Shown here piece after piece: positions 1 to 8,432 of a stretch of 32,000 nt of DNA. Position numbers and translations under genes: made by a program. The notes under the pieces were generated by a model. The model saw only the letters and a list, made by a program, of their open reading frames with translations. It had not been told where the DNA came from and did not search any database. Numbering within the stretch: the stretch's first letter is position 1; every line of letters begins with the position of its first letter. The stretch spans positions 1-32,000 of the forward strand of contig JAFWOB010000115.1 in assembly GCA_017510065.1 (NCBI GenBank), written 5' to 3'. This DNA is from Parasporobacterium sp. Its GTDB lineage: Bacteria > Bacillota > Clostridia > Lachnospirales > Lachnospiraceae.

Positions 1-1
1 C

Positions 2-88
2 CGGAAGACATATACGGCGCTGATCAGTTCAGATGTCCCAGGTCAGCTGGTGGTCATTGCCAGGCAGCAACTGCTGCAGGCAGCTTAG
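2..88 (+). CDS. 3' end of an unidentified upstream gene (partial, last ~28 codons)
   Basis: Frame +2 is open from the window edge to TAG at 86-88 (...DVPGQLVVIARQQLLQAA*). A strong terminator follows at 143-176. The fragment is too short to identify. Frame +1 is also open here, so the frame choice is tentative. Confidence 0.3.
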   Translation, partial: RKTYTALISSDVPGQLVVIARQQLLQAA

Positions 89-142
89 GTTATCAAGGTT
101 CTATGCCTAAAGGTAATTTACACACAATTTTGGACTTGACTG

Positions 143-176
143 GCGGATACTGTTTGTCAAACAGTATCCGCTTTTT
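143..176 (+). terminator. Rho-independent terminator
   Basis: Perfect 13-bp stem gcggatactgttt (143-155) / aaacagtatccgc (159-171) with a 3-nt loop, followed by ttttt (172-176). Confidence 0.8.
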
Positions 177-288
177 GCATGAGATGATAAATGTAATATT
201 TTCGCAAGAAATTCACCAATATGTATAATGTACACAAATAAATACTGTAAATATTAAAAGAAAATATACAAAATGCACAGAACTTTTG

Positions 289-317
289 TTTACAAAGAAA
301 ATCCCGTGTAGTATAAA
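289..317 (+). promoter_or_regulatory. Candidate sigma70 promoter for the 370-2517 gene
   Basis: TTTACA (289-294), 17-nt spacer, TATAAA (312-317). This gives a leader of about 45 nt before the ATG at 370. Confidence 0.4.
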
Positions 318-369
318 TCCAATGATAGAAGGGAAACTGTCGTTTACTACATTACTGAAAGGAGATTTT

Positions 370-2517
370 ATGAAACGTTTTATAGCAATCTTTATGGCTA
401 TCGTCTTCTGCGTTTCCATGCTTTCCATGACTGCTTTCGCGGAGCCGGCTCCGGAAGGCGGATCACCGGAAGGGGAAGCTGTGGCAGAACAGCCGGCAGG
501 GGAGTCTGAAGGCGAATCTGCAGAAGGCGAATCTGCGGAAGGCGAATCTGCGGGAGAATCCGCAAGTTCAGGCGGATCTGCATCACCCATGCAGGATATC
601 ATTCTGACCGATGGAGCAGAAGAAGTCTACGAAAACATTGACTGGGAAGGCACGGGCGGCTATCTGGCTCTCCTCGGCGCAACGGCTCATGTCGGCGGCG
701 ATGAAGACAATTACCAGGTAGAAGGCCTTCTGGTACCGGTGACGCAGGAGTATTTTGATGCCAGCGCTGTGCAATTTGACGGAGGCGTCAACTCCGTATT
801 TACCGGAACCCAGGATGCGACTGGTGGCGGCGCCACCTTTAATGTCACCGGCGAAGGATCTGCGCTGTATGTGAACAATGCGTATATTTCCTCCCAGGGA
901 TCACAGACTGCGGCTATGTACACAGACGAGCTCAACAACAAAGTCGTCGTAAAGGATTCCTATCTGGAATCTTACGGAAGTGTTCCGGGCTATGAAGATG
1001 TCATGGATTTCATTGCCCTTCAGGGACTTCTTTCCTGGGGACATACAAGGACCAACCTGTCCCAGGGCGTTACCTCCACATATTATTACAATTCTGCCGT
1101 TGTCGCTGACGGCTGGGCAGCCATGTCCACGGACGGCGCGCAGGGACTGGGAGTGAACTTCGTAGCGGTCAATTCCTATGCGGAGACTACGGATGGCGGC
1201 TATGCGATCTATTCGGATCATGAATGCCGTGACTATGTTCTGGGTACTACGCTGGTCGGTGCTGAGTATGGTGCTATCATCGCAGCCGGCGGAGAACTGT
1301 ATCTGCTGGACGGCGAGGCTGTGGATCCGGCAGCAACAGAGCTGAACGGCTGGAGACAGGCATTCATGGATGAGCACCCGGCCAATCTGATGAATACTTC
1401 TTATCAGGATTTTGCTGCAGAACATCCGGTGATCGCTCTGGAAGAATATGACGGCGAGCCGATGGAGATCGGACGTACCACCATCGTAGGCGGACGTAAC
1501 TGCGTCCTGATGCATAAGCCTGATGAACAGCATGAAGGCCTGCCGGCAGCAAGCCAGAATGTCCTTTATGCAAAAGGGACCGATTTCATTGTGGATGAAG
1601 CATTATTTGATCTGAATGCGATGCCGGAAGGATGGTATACACCGGAAGACGTGACTTCCTCCGCTTCCTTCTTTAACGATGATACCCTGAACTATGTGTA
1701 TTTCACATCCGGCGCGGCGATCCTGATGAGAAGCTGCTCCACGCTGGTGTATCTGGACGATGTCACATACACAAACAACTATGGCAGCACCGCTCTTGGC
1801 TATGATGATCTGTTCCTGTTGTCTGTGATCAACAGCGACGGCAACGCCAACCTGATCCCGGATGGCGAGCAGGCAAGCCCAATGGATATCACCGTGGCCA
1901 ACTCTGAGATCAACGGCAATATCGCGGACATGGATTATCAGAGAGCAATGCTCCTTACCTTTGACAATTCCACACTGAACGGCTGGATCAAATGGGTCGA
2001 CTGTGAAGGCTGGAATGAGATCTGGGGCGAGAATGGCATCCTGGGACACGGCGCATACGCGTATGATGAGTCTTATGAAACGGTCTGGGGACCTGTCGTC
2101 ACTCTGAAGAACGGGTCCAAGTGGGTCGTGACAGAAGAAAGCTATGTGAAAGACATTTACGTGGATGAGACCTCAGAAGTCGTCGGCAACATTGAAGTCT
2201 TTGAAAACGGCTGCAAAGTGACCCCGCTGGAAGGAACAGCAGTAGCGGAAGAAGCAGCTGCAGCAGCAGGCGATACTTCTGAAGAGGCATATCATGCATA
2301 CCTGAAGGAGTTTGTAGATGCGGTTCCGGCTGTATCGGACGAGCATCTTCCGGATTTTTTTGCCCTGATCGATGCTTCCGATTATACCACCATGCCGGCA
2401 GATATGATGTTTAATCCCCAGTGGTGGGGCTATGCGGCCATGACCTATGACGAGTTCGTGGCAGCAGGCGGCGTGTACGAGATCCCGGCATTTGATCCGA
2501 ACCTGGTTCCGGATTGA
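370..2517 (+). CDS. Secreted protein of unknown function with an N-terminal Gly/Glu/Ser/Ala repeat linker
   Basis: Long ORF. The in-frame ATG at 370 is preceded by GAAAGGAG (358-365). It opens with a typical Sec signal peptide, MKRFIAIFMAIVFCVSMLSMTAFA|EP. An acidic (GESAE)n linker follows, then about 650 aa of Gly/Thr/Asn/Tyr-rich, probably beta-rich sequence. I saw no LPXTG, SLH or choline-binding motif. The 286 start in the ORF track lacks an RBS. Confidence 0.85.
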   Translation: MKRFIAIFMAIVFCVSMLSMTAFAEPAPEGGSPEGEAVAEQPAGESEGESAEGESAEGESAGESASSGGSASPMQDIILTDGAEEVYENIDWEGTGGYLALLGATAHVGGDEDNYQVEGLLVPVTQEYFDASAVQFDGGVNSVFTGTQDATGGGATFNVTGEGSALYVNNAYISSQGSQTAAMYTDELNNKVVVKDSYLESYGSVPGYEDVMDFIALQGLLSWGHTRTNLSQGVTSTYYYNSAVVADGWAAMSTDGAQGLGVNFVAVNSYAETTDGGYAIYSDHECRDYVLGTTLVGAEYGAIIAAGGELYLLDGEAVDPAATELNGWRQAFMDEHPANLMNTSYQDFAAEHPVIALEEYDGEPMEIGRTTIVGGRNCVLMHKPDEQHEGLPAASQNVLYAKGTDFIVDEALFDLNAMPEGWYTPEDVTSSASFFNDDTLNYVYFTSGAAILMRSCSTLVYLDDVTYTNNYGSTALGYDDLFLLSVINSDGNANLIPDGEQASPMDITVANSEINGNIADMDYQRAMLLTFDNSTLNGWIKWVDCEGWNEIWGENGILGHGAYAYDESYETVWGPVVTLKNGSKWVVTEESYVKDIYVDETSEVVGNIEVFENGCKVTPLEGTAVAEEAAAAAGDTSEEAYHAYLKEFVDAVPAVSDEHLPDFFALIDASDYTTMPADMMFNPQWWGYAAMTYDEFVAAGGVYEIPAFDPNLVPD

Positions 2518-2571
2518 TCAGATACTGAATCGGCTATCAGGATCCGTTCAGGATTTAGAAGCTGAATTTTT

Positions 2572-2631
2572 CAACTTTGGCAGCGTTTTTCGGCTCATTT
2601 CGAGTGAAAATGCTGCCAAAGTTGTTTTTTT
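2572..2631 (+). terminator. Rho-independent terminator (long hairpin, member of a dispersed hairpin family)
   Basis: 13-bp stem caactttggcagc (2572-2584) / gctgccaaagttg (2612-2624), followed by ttttttt (2625-2631). The arms are nearly identical to the hairpin at 13314-13370. Confidence 0.7.
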
Positions 2632-2703
2632 CTGCATTTCAGGCTGCCGAACCTGAAAAGTTCTGCAGAAGAAAAATGAAATCTCGAAAAATAAAAAAAG
2701 TGA

Positions 2704-2732
2704 TTGCATTTTCCGGCGGGATGTACCATAAT
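2704..2732 (+). promoter_or_regulatory. Candidate sigma70 promoter for tRNA-Pro
   Basis: TTGCAT (2704-2709), 17-nt spacer, CATAAT (2727-2732). The -10 element ends 12 nt before the mature tRNA 5' end. Confidence 0.5.
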
Positions 2733-2744
2733 AGGGAAGTCTTT

Positions 2745-2819
2745 CGGGGTATGGCTCAGTTTGGCTAGAGCGCTCGGCTGGGGGCCGAGAGGTCGCAGGT
2801 TCAAATCCTGTTACCCCGA
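2745..2819 (+). tRNA. tRNA-Pro (anticodon GGG)
   Basis: Hand-folded cloverleaf:
- acceptor stem cggggta/taccccg
- D stem gctc/gagc
- anticodon stem ctcgg/ccgag with loop c-t-GGG-g-g
- 5-nt variable loop
- T stem gcagg/cctgt with loop ttcaaat
- discriminator A
CCA is not encoded. Confidence 0.93.
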
Positions 2820-2827
2820 CACAGATT

Positions 2828-2862
2828 TGCCAGGCAGTATTATACATTGCCTGGCATTTTTT
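2828..2862 (+). terminator. Rho-independent terminator after tRNA-Pro
   Basis: 9-bp stem tgccaggca (2828-2836) / tgcctggca (2848-2856), followed by tttttt (2857-2862). Confidence 0.8.
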
Positions 2863-3009
2863 AAGAAATGGTGCGGGAAATGGCAAAAAATGCCCAATTT
2901 TCCTGCCATTTTGGTCTGTCATTTTTTTGACAATGCCTATATCTTATTCACACCGAGTGTGGTATAAATTAGGGCAGATTATTTTAAATTGGTGCATTAG
3001 GAGGGAGAC

Positions 3010-3300
3010 ATGGAATATTCCAATTTGTTTGTGTGTCTGATGGGAATATGCACGGTGTTTGTCGGACTGATCTGTATCATTATCCTGATCACGATCATGA
3101 GCGGTATCATGCGCCGTGCGGACCGTAAAAATGAGAGGGCTGTGAGCCCTGCCGCAGCACCTGCTGCAGCACCGGCAGCGGCAGCCGCCGGAACAGTGAC
3201 GCCTCAGATGGCGGCAGCTGTCAGCGCTGTGATCGCAGAGGAGATGGGGACTGATGTCAGCGGTCTCAGGATCGTATCATTTAAGAAGATCAACTCATAA
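3010..3300 (+). CDS. oadG: Na+-translocating decarboxylase small membrane subunit (OadG family)
   Basis: RBS AGGAGGG lies upstream. The protein has one N-terminal TM helix, an Ala/Pro linker and a C-terminal AAAVSAVIAEEMG...IVSFKKI tail typical of OadG-type subunits. It is the first gene of the decarboxylase operon. Confidence 0.8.
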   Translation: MEYSNLFVCLMGICTVFVGLICIIILITIMSGIMRRADRKNERAVSPAAAPAAAPAAAAAGTVTPQMAAAVSAVIAEEMGTDVSGLRIVSFKKINS

Positions 3301-3312
3301 AGGGAGGACATG

Positions 3313-3672
3313 ATGAGAAAATACAGAGTAAATGTAAACGGAACAGTTTTTGAAGTAGAAGTAGAAGAGATCAGCGGCGCAGCAGCACCGGCAGCAGCTC
3401 CTGCGGCAGCACCTGCACCGGCACCGGCTCCTGCAGCAGCACCGGCAACTCCGGGCCAGGGCGAGCGGATCCTGTCTCCGATGCCCGGCAATATCCTTGA
3501 TGTGCGCGTGAAAGCAGGCGACGCCGTGAAATCCGGCGACGTGCTGATGATCCTGGAAGCCATGAAGATGGAAAATGAGATCATGTCCCCGAAGGACGGC
3601 AGAGTTGCTTCTGTATCTGTTAGAAAAGGCGACACAGTCGAACCTGATACCTTATTATGCGTGATTGAGTAA
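3313..3672 (+). CDS. Biotin carboxyl carrier protein of the decarboxylase (biotinyl/lipoyl domain)
   Basis: It carries the biotinylation motif EAMKMENEI, an (Ala-Pro)n hinge and an N-terminal YRVNVNG..FEVEVEE segment. There are two adjacent ATGs at 3310 and 3313. GGAGG (3303-3307) is spaced better for 3313. Confidence 0.9.
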   Translation: MRKYRVNVNGTVFEVEVEEISGAAAPAAAPAAAPAPAPAPAAAPATPGQGERILSPMPGNILDVRVKAGDAVKSGDVLMILEAMKMENEIMSPKDGRVASVSVRKGDTVEPDTLLCVIE

Positions 3673-3687
3673 ACGGAGGAGTCGTCT

Positions 3688-4950
3688 ATGCAGGCTATAG
3701 CTAATTTCTGTCAGTCGACAGGATTTTTCCAGTTCTTCCAGGGTGACAACTGGAAATGCGTGATCATGATCGTGATCGCCTGTGTTCTGTTGTACCTGGG
3801 AATCGTTAAGAAATTTGAACCGCTCCTGTTGGTCCCTATTGCAGTCGGTATGCTTGTGACCAACCTTCCGGGAGCAAATATGTTCCACGAAATATTGTTT
3901 GCCGGAGGCCACGTGCACTGGGATCTGTTCGGCGGAGCTCCGATCTCTGCGGATTTTATCTCTGAAATGCAAGGCCTGGGGGTCTCGGAATCGATCCTCG
4001 CCAGCATTACGGTAGGGCAGACCATCACACCGGGTCTTGTTGATATCCTGTATCTGGGTATCAAGCTGGGAATCTATCCCTGCCTGATCTTTATGGGCGT
4101 CGGCGCCATGACAGACTTTGGTCCGCTGATCGCGAACCCGAAGTCCCTGCTTCTCGGAGCAGCAGCCCAGCTGGGTATCTTTATGACCTTCCTCGGATGC
4201 CGCCTGAGCGGGCTCTTCACCGGACGTGAGGCAGCTTCTGTCGGTATTATCGGCGGAGCGGACGGCCCGACAGCGATCTTCGTAACAGCGCTTCTGGCAC
4301 CGGCTCTTCTGGGTCCCATCGCGGTATCTGCCTATTCCTATATGGCACTGGTACCGGTAATCCAGCCGCCGATCATGAAGCTTCTGACCACGGACAAGGA
4401 ACGCAAGATCGTGATGCGTCCTCTTCGTCAGGTCAGCAAGAGAGAAAAGATCGTTTTCCCGATCGTTGTAACCATCTTTGTTGCCCTTCTGGTGCCGTCA
4501 GCAGCTCCGCTGATCGCCTGCCTGATGTTCGGCAACCTGCTGAAGGAATGCGGCGTAACGGAACGCCTCAGCAAGACCGCACAGAACGAACTGATGAACA
4601 TCGTTACCATTTTCCTGGGCATCTCCGTTGGCGCGACAGCTACCGGCAAGACTTTCCTGGATCTGAAGACCCTGATGATCCTGGCAATGGGTATCGTGGC
4701 ATTCTCCTTCGGTACTGCAGGCGGCGTGCTCCTGGCCAAGTTCATGAACCTGTTCCTGAAAGAGAAGATCAACCCGCTCATCGGATCTGCCGGTGTATCG
4801 GCTGTTCCTATGGCTGCCAGAGTCAGCCAGAAGGTCGGCCAGCAGTACAATCCGGGCAATTTCCTGCTGATGCATGCCATGGGCCCGAATGTGGCCGGCG
4901 TTATCGGATCCGCCATTGCAGCCGGCGTGCTGATCTCGCTCTTTGGCTGA
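3688..4950 (+). CDS. oadB: Na+-translocating decarboxylase beta subunit (integral membrane pump subunit)
   Basis: 420-aa polytopic membrane protein. It resembles the OadB/GcdB/MmdB family (e.g. GADGPTAIF, GSAGVSAVPMAARV). RBS GGAGGA lies 7 nt upstream. Confidence 0.9.
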   Translation: MQAIANFCQSTGFFQFFQGDNWKCVIMIVIACVLLYLGIVKKFEPLLLVPIAVGMLVTNLPGANMFHEILFAGGHVHWDLFGGAPISADFISEMQGLGVSESILASITVGQTITPGLVDILYLGIKLGIYPCLIFMGVGAMTDFGPLIANPKSLLLGAAAQLGIFMTFLGCRLSGLFTGREAASVGIIGGADGPTAIFVTALLAPALLGPIAVSAYSYMALVPVIQPPIMKLLTTDKERKIVMRPLRQVSKREKIVFPIVVTIFVALLVPSAAPLIACLMFGNLLKECGVTERLSKTAQNELMNIVTIFLGISVGATATGKTFLDLKTLMILAMGIVAFSFGTAGGVLLAKFMNLFLKEKINPLIGSAGVSAVPMAARVSQKVGQQYNPGNFLLMHAMGPNVAGVIGSAIAAGVLISLFG

Positions 4951-4983
4951 TAGGCATTTCACAACTAGAAAGAGGTAAACTTC

Positions 4984-6444
4984 ATGAAGTTTTTATCGGA
5001 TAAACCATTATTGATCACTGATACGATCCTGAGAGATGCTCATCAGTCTCAGGCAGCGACCAGAATGACGATCGAAGACATGATCCCGGCCCTTGAGCTG
5101 TTGGATTCCATCGGTTATTATTCCCTGGAATGCTGGGGCGGAGCCACATTTGACTCCTGCATGAGATTCCTGAACGAAGATCCATGGGAAAGACTCAGGA
5201 CGATCCGCAAATATGTTAAAAACACGAAGCTGCAGATGCTGTTCCGTGGTCAGAATATCCTGGGATACAAGCACTATGCGGACGACGTGGTAGATATGTT
5301 CTGCGCCAAATCCATTGAAAACGGCATCGATATCATCCGTATCTTTGACGCACTGAATGATGTGCGCAATCTGGAACAGGCCATCAGGTCTACCAAGAAA
5401 TACGGCGGCCAGGTAGAGGCGGCAATGTCCTATACCATTTCCCCGATCCATGATGAAGCTTATTTTGTAAAGCTGGCGCAGGATCTGGAGCAGATGGGAG
5501 CTGATACGATCTGCATCAAGGATATGGCAAACCTTTTGCTTCCGGATGCTGCGTATTCCCTGATCAAAGCTTTGAAGGAAAAGGTCAGCGTACCGATCCA
5601 CCTTCACACCCACAATACTACAGGAACCGGTGATATGGTTAACCTGATGGCAGCATTTGCAGGCGTGGATATCGTAGATACGGCGCTGTCACCGTTGGCA
5701 AACGGAACCAGCCAGCCGGCAACCGAATCTCTGGTAGCGACCCTGAAAGGGACCGCCCGGGATACGGGGCTTGATCTGGATAAGATGTCCGATGCAGCCG
5801 TTCATTTCCGTAACGTTGCGGCAAGGCTGGAGTCAGCAGGCATCCTGAATTCCAAAGTTTTGCGCGTGGATACCAATACGCTCAGGTACCAGGTACCCGG
5901 CGGCATGCTGTCCAACCTGCTCAATCAGCTGAAGGAAGCCAGAAAAGAAGACAAATTCTATGATGTGCTTGCAGAGATTCCGAAGGTGCGGAAAGACTTC
6001 GGCTATCCGCCGCTGGTCACACCGACTTCCCAGATTGTGGGTACCCAGGCTGTCATGAACGTGATCATCGGCAAATACAAGAATTTCCCGAAAGAGTCAC
6101 GTGCCCTGATCAAAGGGGAATACGGCAAGCTCCCCGGTGAGGTCAATCCTTCTGTTCTGGCGGCAGCAGGCATCTTACCGGAAGATGTGATTACCTGCAG
6201 GCCGGCAGACCTTCTGGAACCTGAACTTGAAAAGTATCGTAAAGAATATGCGGACATCGCAAAGAGCGACGAGGATATCCTGAGTCTGGCGCTGTTCCCG
6301 CAGGTAGCGCCTAAATTCCTGGCTTACAGGGATTCGGACAAGACAGAAGCTGCTCCTGCCAAAGCTCCGGAAGCTGCGGCTAAGGCTGCTCCGGCAGATC
6401 CGAACGCCGTCCGGGAACTCTATGTGGAATTCAAAGGATTATAA
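4984..6444 (+). CDS. oadA: Oxaloacetate decarboxylase alpha subunit, carboxyltransferase part (PycB-like; no fused biotin domain)
   Basis: It has the HMGL-like TIM-barrel N-terminus (ITDTILRDAHQS...ECWGGATFD) and a conserved carboxylase domain. An Ala/Pro-rich tail ends without an AMKM motif, because the BCCP is the separate gene at 3313. Confidence 0.9.
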   Translation: MKFLSDKPLLITDTILRDAHQSQAATRMTIEDMIPALELLDSIGYYSLECWGGATFDSCMRFLNEDPWERLRTIRKYVKNTKLQMLFRGQNILGYKHYADDVVDMFCAKSIENGIDIIRIFDALNDVRNLEQAIRSTKKYGGQVEAAMSYTISPIHDEAYFVKLAQDLEQMGADTICIKDMANLLLPDAAYSLIKALKEKVSVPIHLHTHNTTGTGDMVNLMAAFAGVDIVDTALSPLANGTSQPATESLVATLKGTARDTGLDLDKMSDAAVHFRNVAARLESAGILNSKVLRVDTNTLRYQVPGGMLSNLLNQLKEARKEDKFYDVLAEIPKVRKDFGYPPLVTPTSQIVGTQAVMNVIIGKYKNFPKESRALIKGEYGKLPGEVNPSVLAAAGILPEDVITCRPADLLEPELEKYRKEYADIAKSDEDILSLALFPQVAPKFLAYRDSDKTEAAPAKAPEAAAKAAPADPNAVRELYVEFKGL

Positions 6445-6473
6445 GATCATAAAAGAACTGAAATGAAATTGTC

Positions 6474-6496
6474 GTCCCGGCAGAACATGCCGGGAC
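6474..6496 (+). other. GC-rich hairpin between oadA and the next gene (weak terminator or processing site)
   Basis: 9-bp stem gtcccggca/tgccgggac with a 5-nt loop. No U-tract follows, so it is not a canonical intrinsic terminator. Confidence 0.3.
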
Positions 6497-6513
6497 AACT
6501 TATGAGGTGAGTA

Positions 6514-7182
6514 ATGTCCGTAACAAATGAATCGATCCAGTTTATGCTTGGAAAATGGCAGACGCTGCCGGTGTATTCCCTGGAAAGCTTCGGTGCCTAT
6601 CTGGGAAATGAGAAAGACAGGGTACTGCTTCCTATCAAGCAGGTGAGCAAGGATATCCGTGTGGGAGACCGTCTGAAGGTTTTTCTGTACAGGGATTCTG
6701 ATGACCGTCTGATCGCGACAATCCATACCCCGAAGATCACAATAGGTGAGATTGCTGTCCTGAAAGTTAAACAGGTCTCTCCGATCGGAGCCTTTCTGGA
6801 CTGGGGCCTGGAAAAAGATCTGTTCCTTCCGTTCCGTCAGCAAACAGAGAAGGTGGAGGAGGGAATGTATTATCCGGTGGCTCTGTATGTGGACAAATCA
6901 GAACGTCTTGCAGCGACCATGTGGATCGACAAACACATTTCCGGGGCAGACCTTGATGAAAAACGGAAAAAGAAGGCAATGCTGAAGCTTCAGGCGGATG
7001 CGGAAAATGTTTATACCCGCATTAGCCGCAAAGGAGGGCATCTGCCTTACAATGACAAGGCGGACCCGGAAGTGATCGAACGGGACTTCCACCTCAGCAA
7101 AAACGCGTTTAAGCGGGCGGTAGGGGTTCTCTATAAAGCCCGCAGACTGGAGATAGCAGAAGACGGGATCACACTGGTGTGA
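6514..7182 (+). CDS. cvfB: S1-like RNA-binding protein, CvfB/YitL family
   Basis: RBS GAGGTGA lies upstream. It has S1-like modules (FGAYL...LLP, GAFLDWGLEKDLFLP) and a C-terminal winged-helix-like AFKRAVGVLYKARRLE. At 222 aa it is shorter than the ~300-aa members I know. Confidence 0.7.
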   Translation: MSVTNESIQFMLGKWQTLPVYSLESFGAYLGNEKDRVLLPIKQVSKDIRVGDRLKVFLYRDSDDRLIATIHTPKITIGEIAVLKVKQVSPIGAFLDWGLEKDLFLPFRQQTEKVEEGMYYPVALYVDKSERLAATMWIDKHISGADLDEKRKKKAMLKLQADAENVYTRISRKGGHLPYNDKADPEVIERDFHLSKNAFKRAVGVLYKARRLEIAEDGITLV

Positions 7183-7196
7183 TCCCGTCTTTTTAT
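7163..7196 (+). terminator. Rho-independent terminator, possibly bidirectional
   Basis: 11-bp stem acgggatcaca (7163-7173) / tgtgatcccgt (7178-7188) overlaps the cvfB stop codon. It is followed by ctttttatttct. It sits between convergent genes. Confidence 0.7.
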
Positions 7197-7224
7197 TTCT
7201 GCTGAAAAGAGCAGAACGCTATCA

Positions 7225-8262
7225 TTATTTCAGGTAATCCTTCAGCAGATCGGCGAAGGGATTGTTCGGAACATACTCGCTGTGATATTCCTTGGCTTCT
7301 TCTTCCACCTGCTGTTCCTTCGCAGCTTCGATCGCTTTCATGGACAGGCTGACTTTTCCGTTTTCAATCCGAAGGACCATGACATTGACTTTCTGTCCGG
7401 TACGAAGGACTGCTTTCGGGTGGCTGATCCGTTCTGCGCTGATCTCGGAAATATGAAGAAGTCCTGAAATGCCGTCTCCCAGATCCACAAAAGCTCCGTA
7501 ATTCTGCAGGGACTCCACGGTTCCGGTGAGAATGCTGCCGACCGACAGGCGCTTCACGTTTTCTGCCTGCTGCTTCACATATGCTTCGGTAGCGCTCTCT
7601 TTAGCGGAAAGGATCAGTTTCTTGCGTTCTTCATCTACTTCGATAATGCGGACAGAGAGCTTTTTGCCGGCATACGTGGAAGTATCTTCCACATATCTGA
7701 CATCCAGCTTAGAAGCGGGAATGAAGCCCCGGATCCCTTCCACGTACATGACTGCGCCGGACTTGACCGCTTCTGATACGGTACCGGTGACTACAGTTCC
7801 TTCTTCTTTCATTTTCCTGAGTTTATCCCAGGAGTTCTCGGATTCACAGGCTTTCTTGGACAGCAGGATATTGCCCTTGCCGTCGTCGACGGACTTGACC
7901 ATGGCCTGGAAACGGTCGCCGACTTTTACATCCGTCATAATATTGAATGTGGGATCGGCACTCATTTCCTCAACAGGCACACGTCCGGTGGCAAAGTAAT
8001 TAAGATCCAGGATCACACCATGCTCATTAAAGGCGATGACTTCGCCTTCCATGATATCTCCTTCATAGATCTTGCGCACGGAAGATTCCACTTCTTTGGA
8101 ATAATCTTCCATTTTCTCAGTGACTTCCGGCTTGGCAGGCGCTTCCGGCTCGGCGGGAGCTTCCGACGCGGCAACTTCCGGTGCGGCAACTTCAGGTTCC
8201 GCAGCAGAAGTGAGCTCCGGTTCTTCAGCAGCATTCATGACAGTATCCAGCGTATCGTTCAT
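7225..8262 (-). CDS. rpsA: Ribosomal protein S1-like protein (tandem S1 domains) with an acidic Pro/Glu/Ala N-terminal extension
   Basis: Repeated S1-fold signatures are present (GEVIAFNEHGVILDL, GTVSEAVKSGAVMYVEG.RGFIP, GTVESLQNYGAFVDLGDGISGLLHISE). The start is set at the ATG at 8262 (MNDTL...), which has AAAGGAG 7 nt upstream. The 8295 ATG has no RBS. Confidence 0.8.
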   Translation of the reverse strand: MNDTLDTVMNAAEEPELTSAAEPEVAAPEVAASEAPAEPEAPAKPEVTEKMEDYSKEVESSVRKIYEGDIMEGEVIAFNEHGVILDLNYFATGRVPVEEMSADPTFNIMTDVKVGDRFQAMVKSVDDGKGNILLSKKACESENSWDKLRKMKEEGTVVTGTVSEAVKSGAVMYVEGIRGFIPASKLDVRYVEDTSTYAGKKLSVRIIEVDEERKKLILSAKESATEAYVKQQAENVKRLSVGSILTGTVESLQNYGAFVDLGDGISGLLHISEISAERISHPKAVLRTGQKVNVMVLRIENGKVSLSMKAIEAAKEQQVEEEAKEYHSEYVPNNPFADLLKDYLK

Positions 8263-8432
8263 TTGAGCAACTCCTTTTACAATTGTAATTTTCACAGATT
8301 ATATTTCTTTTTTAGGATCAGAACAAGTGGAAATGCGCTTAAAATACAGATTCTTTTATATTTGCGGCAATATGGGCGGTGTGGTATTCTTGCAGCAGGT
8401 AATAAATCTGACGAAAACAGTGAGGCAATAAT

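Noticed and set aside
1-237. Frame +1 is open across the first 237 nt, and ...aatttacacacaattttggacttgac... is vaguely reminiscent of an IS terminal sequence.
   Set aside because: That frame reads straight through a strong terminator hairpin. I saw no inverted-repeat partner, target duplication or transposase motif. Calling it an IS would rest on impression only.
2877-2911. Inverted repeat aaatggca / tgccattt upstream of the decarboxylase operon, as a possible operator or riboswitch.
   Set aside because: It is only 8 bp with an 18-nt loop. It resembles no riboswitch class I know, and the promoter assignment here is itself weak.
3139-3450. GC-rich gca/gcc/ccg repeats in two adjacent genes, as a possible non-coding repeat element.
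   Set aside because: They are in frame and encode the Ala/Pro hinges that are typical of OadG and biotin-carrier proteins.
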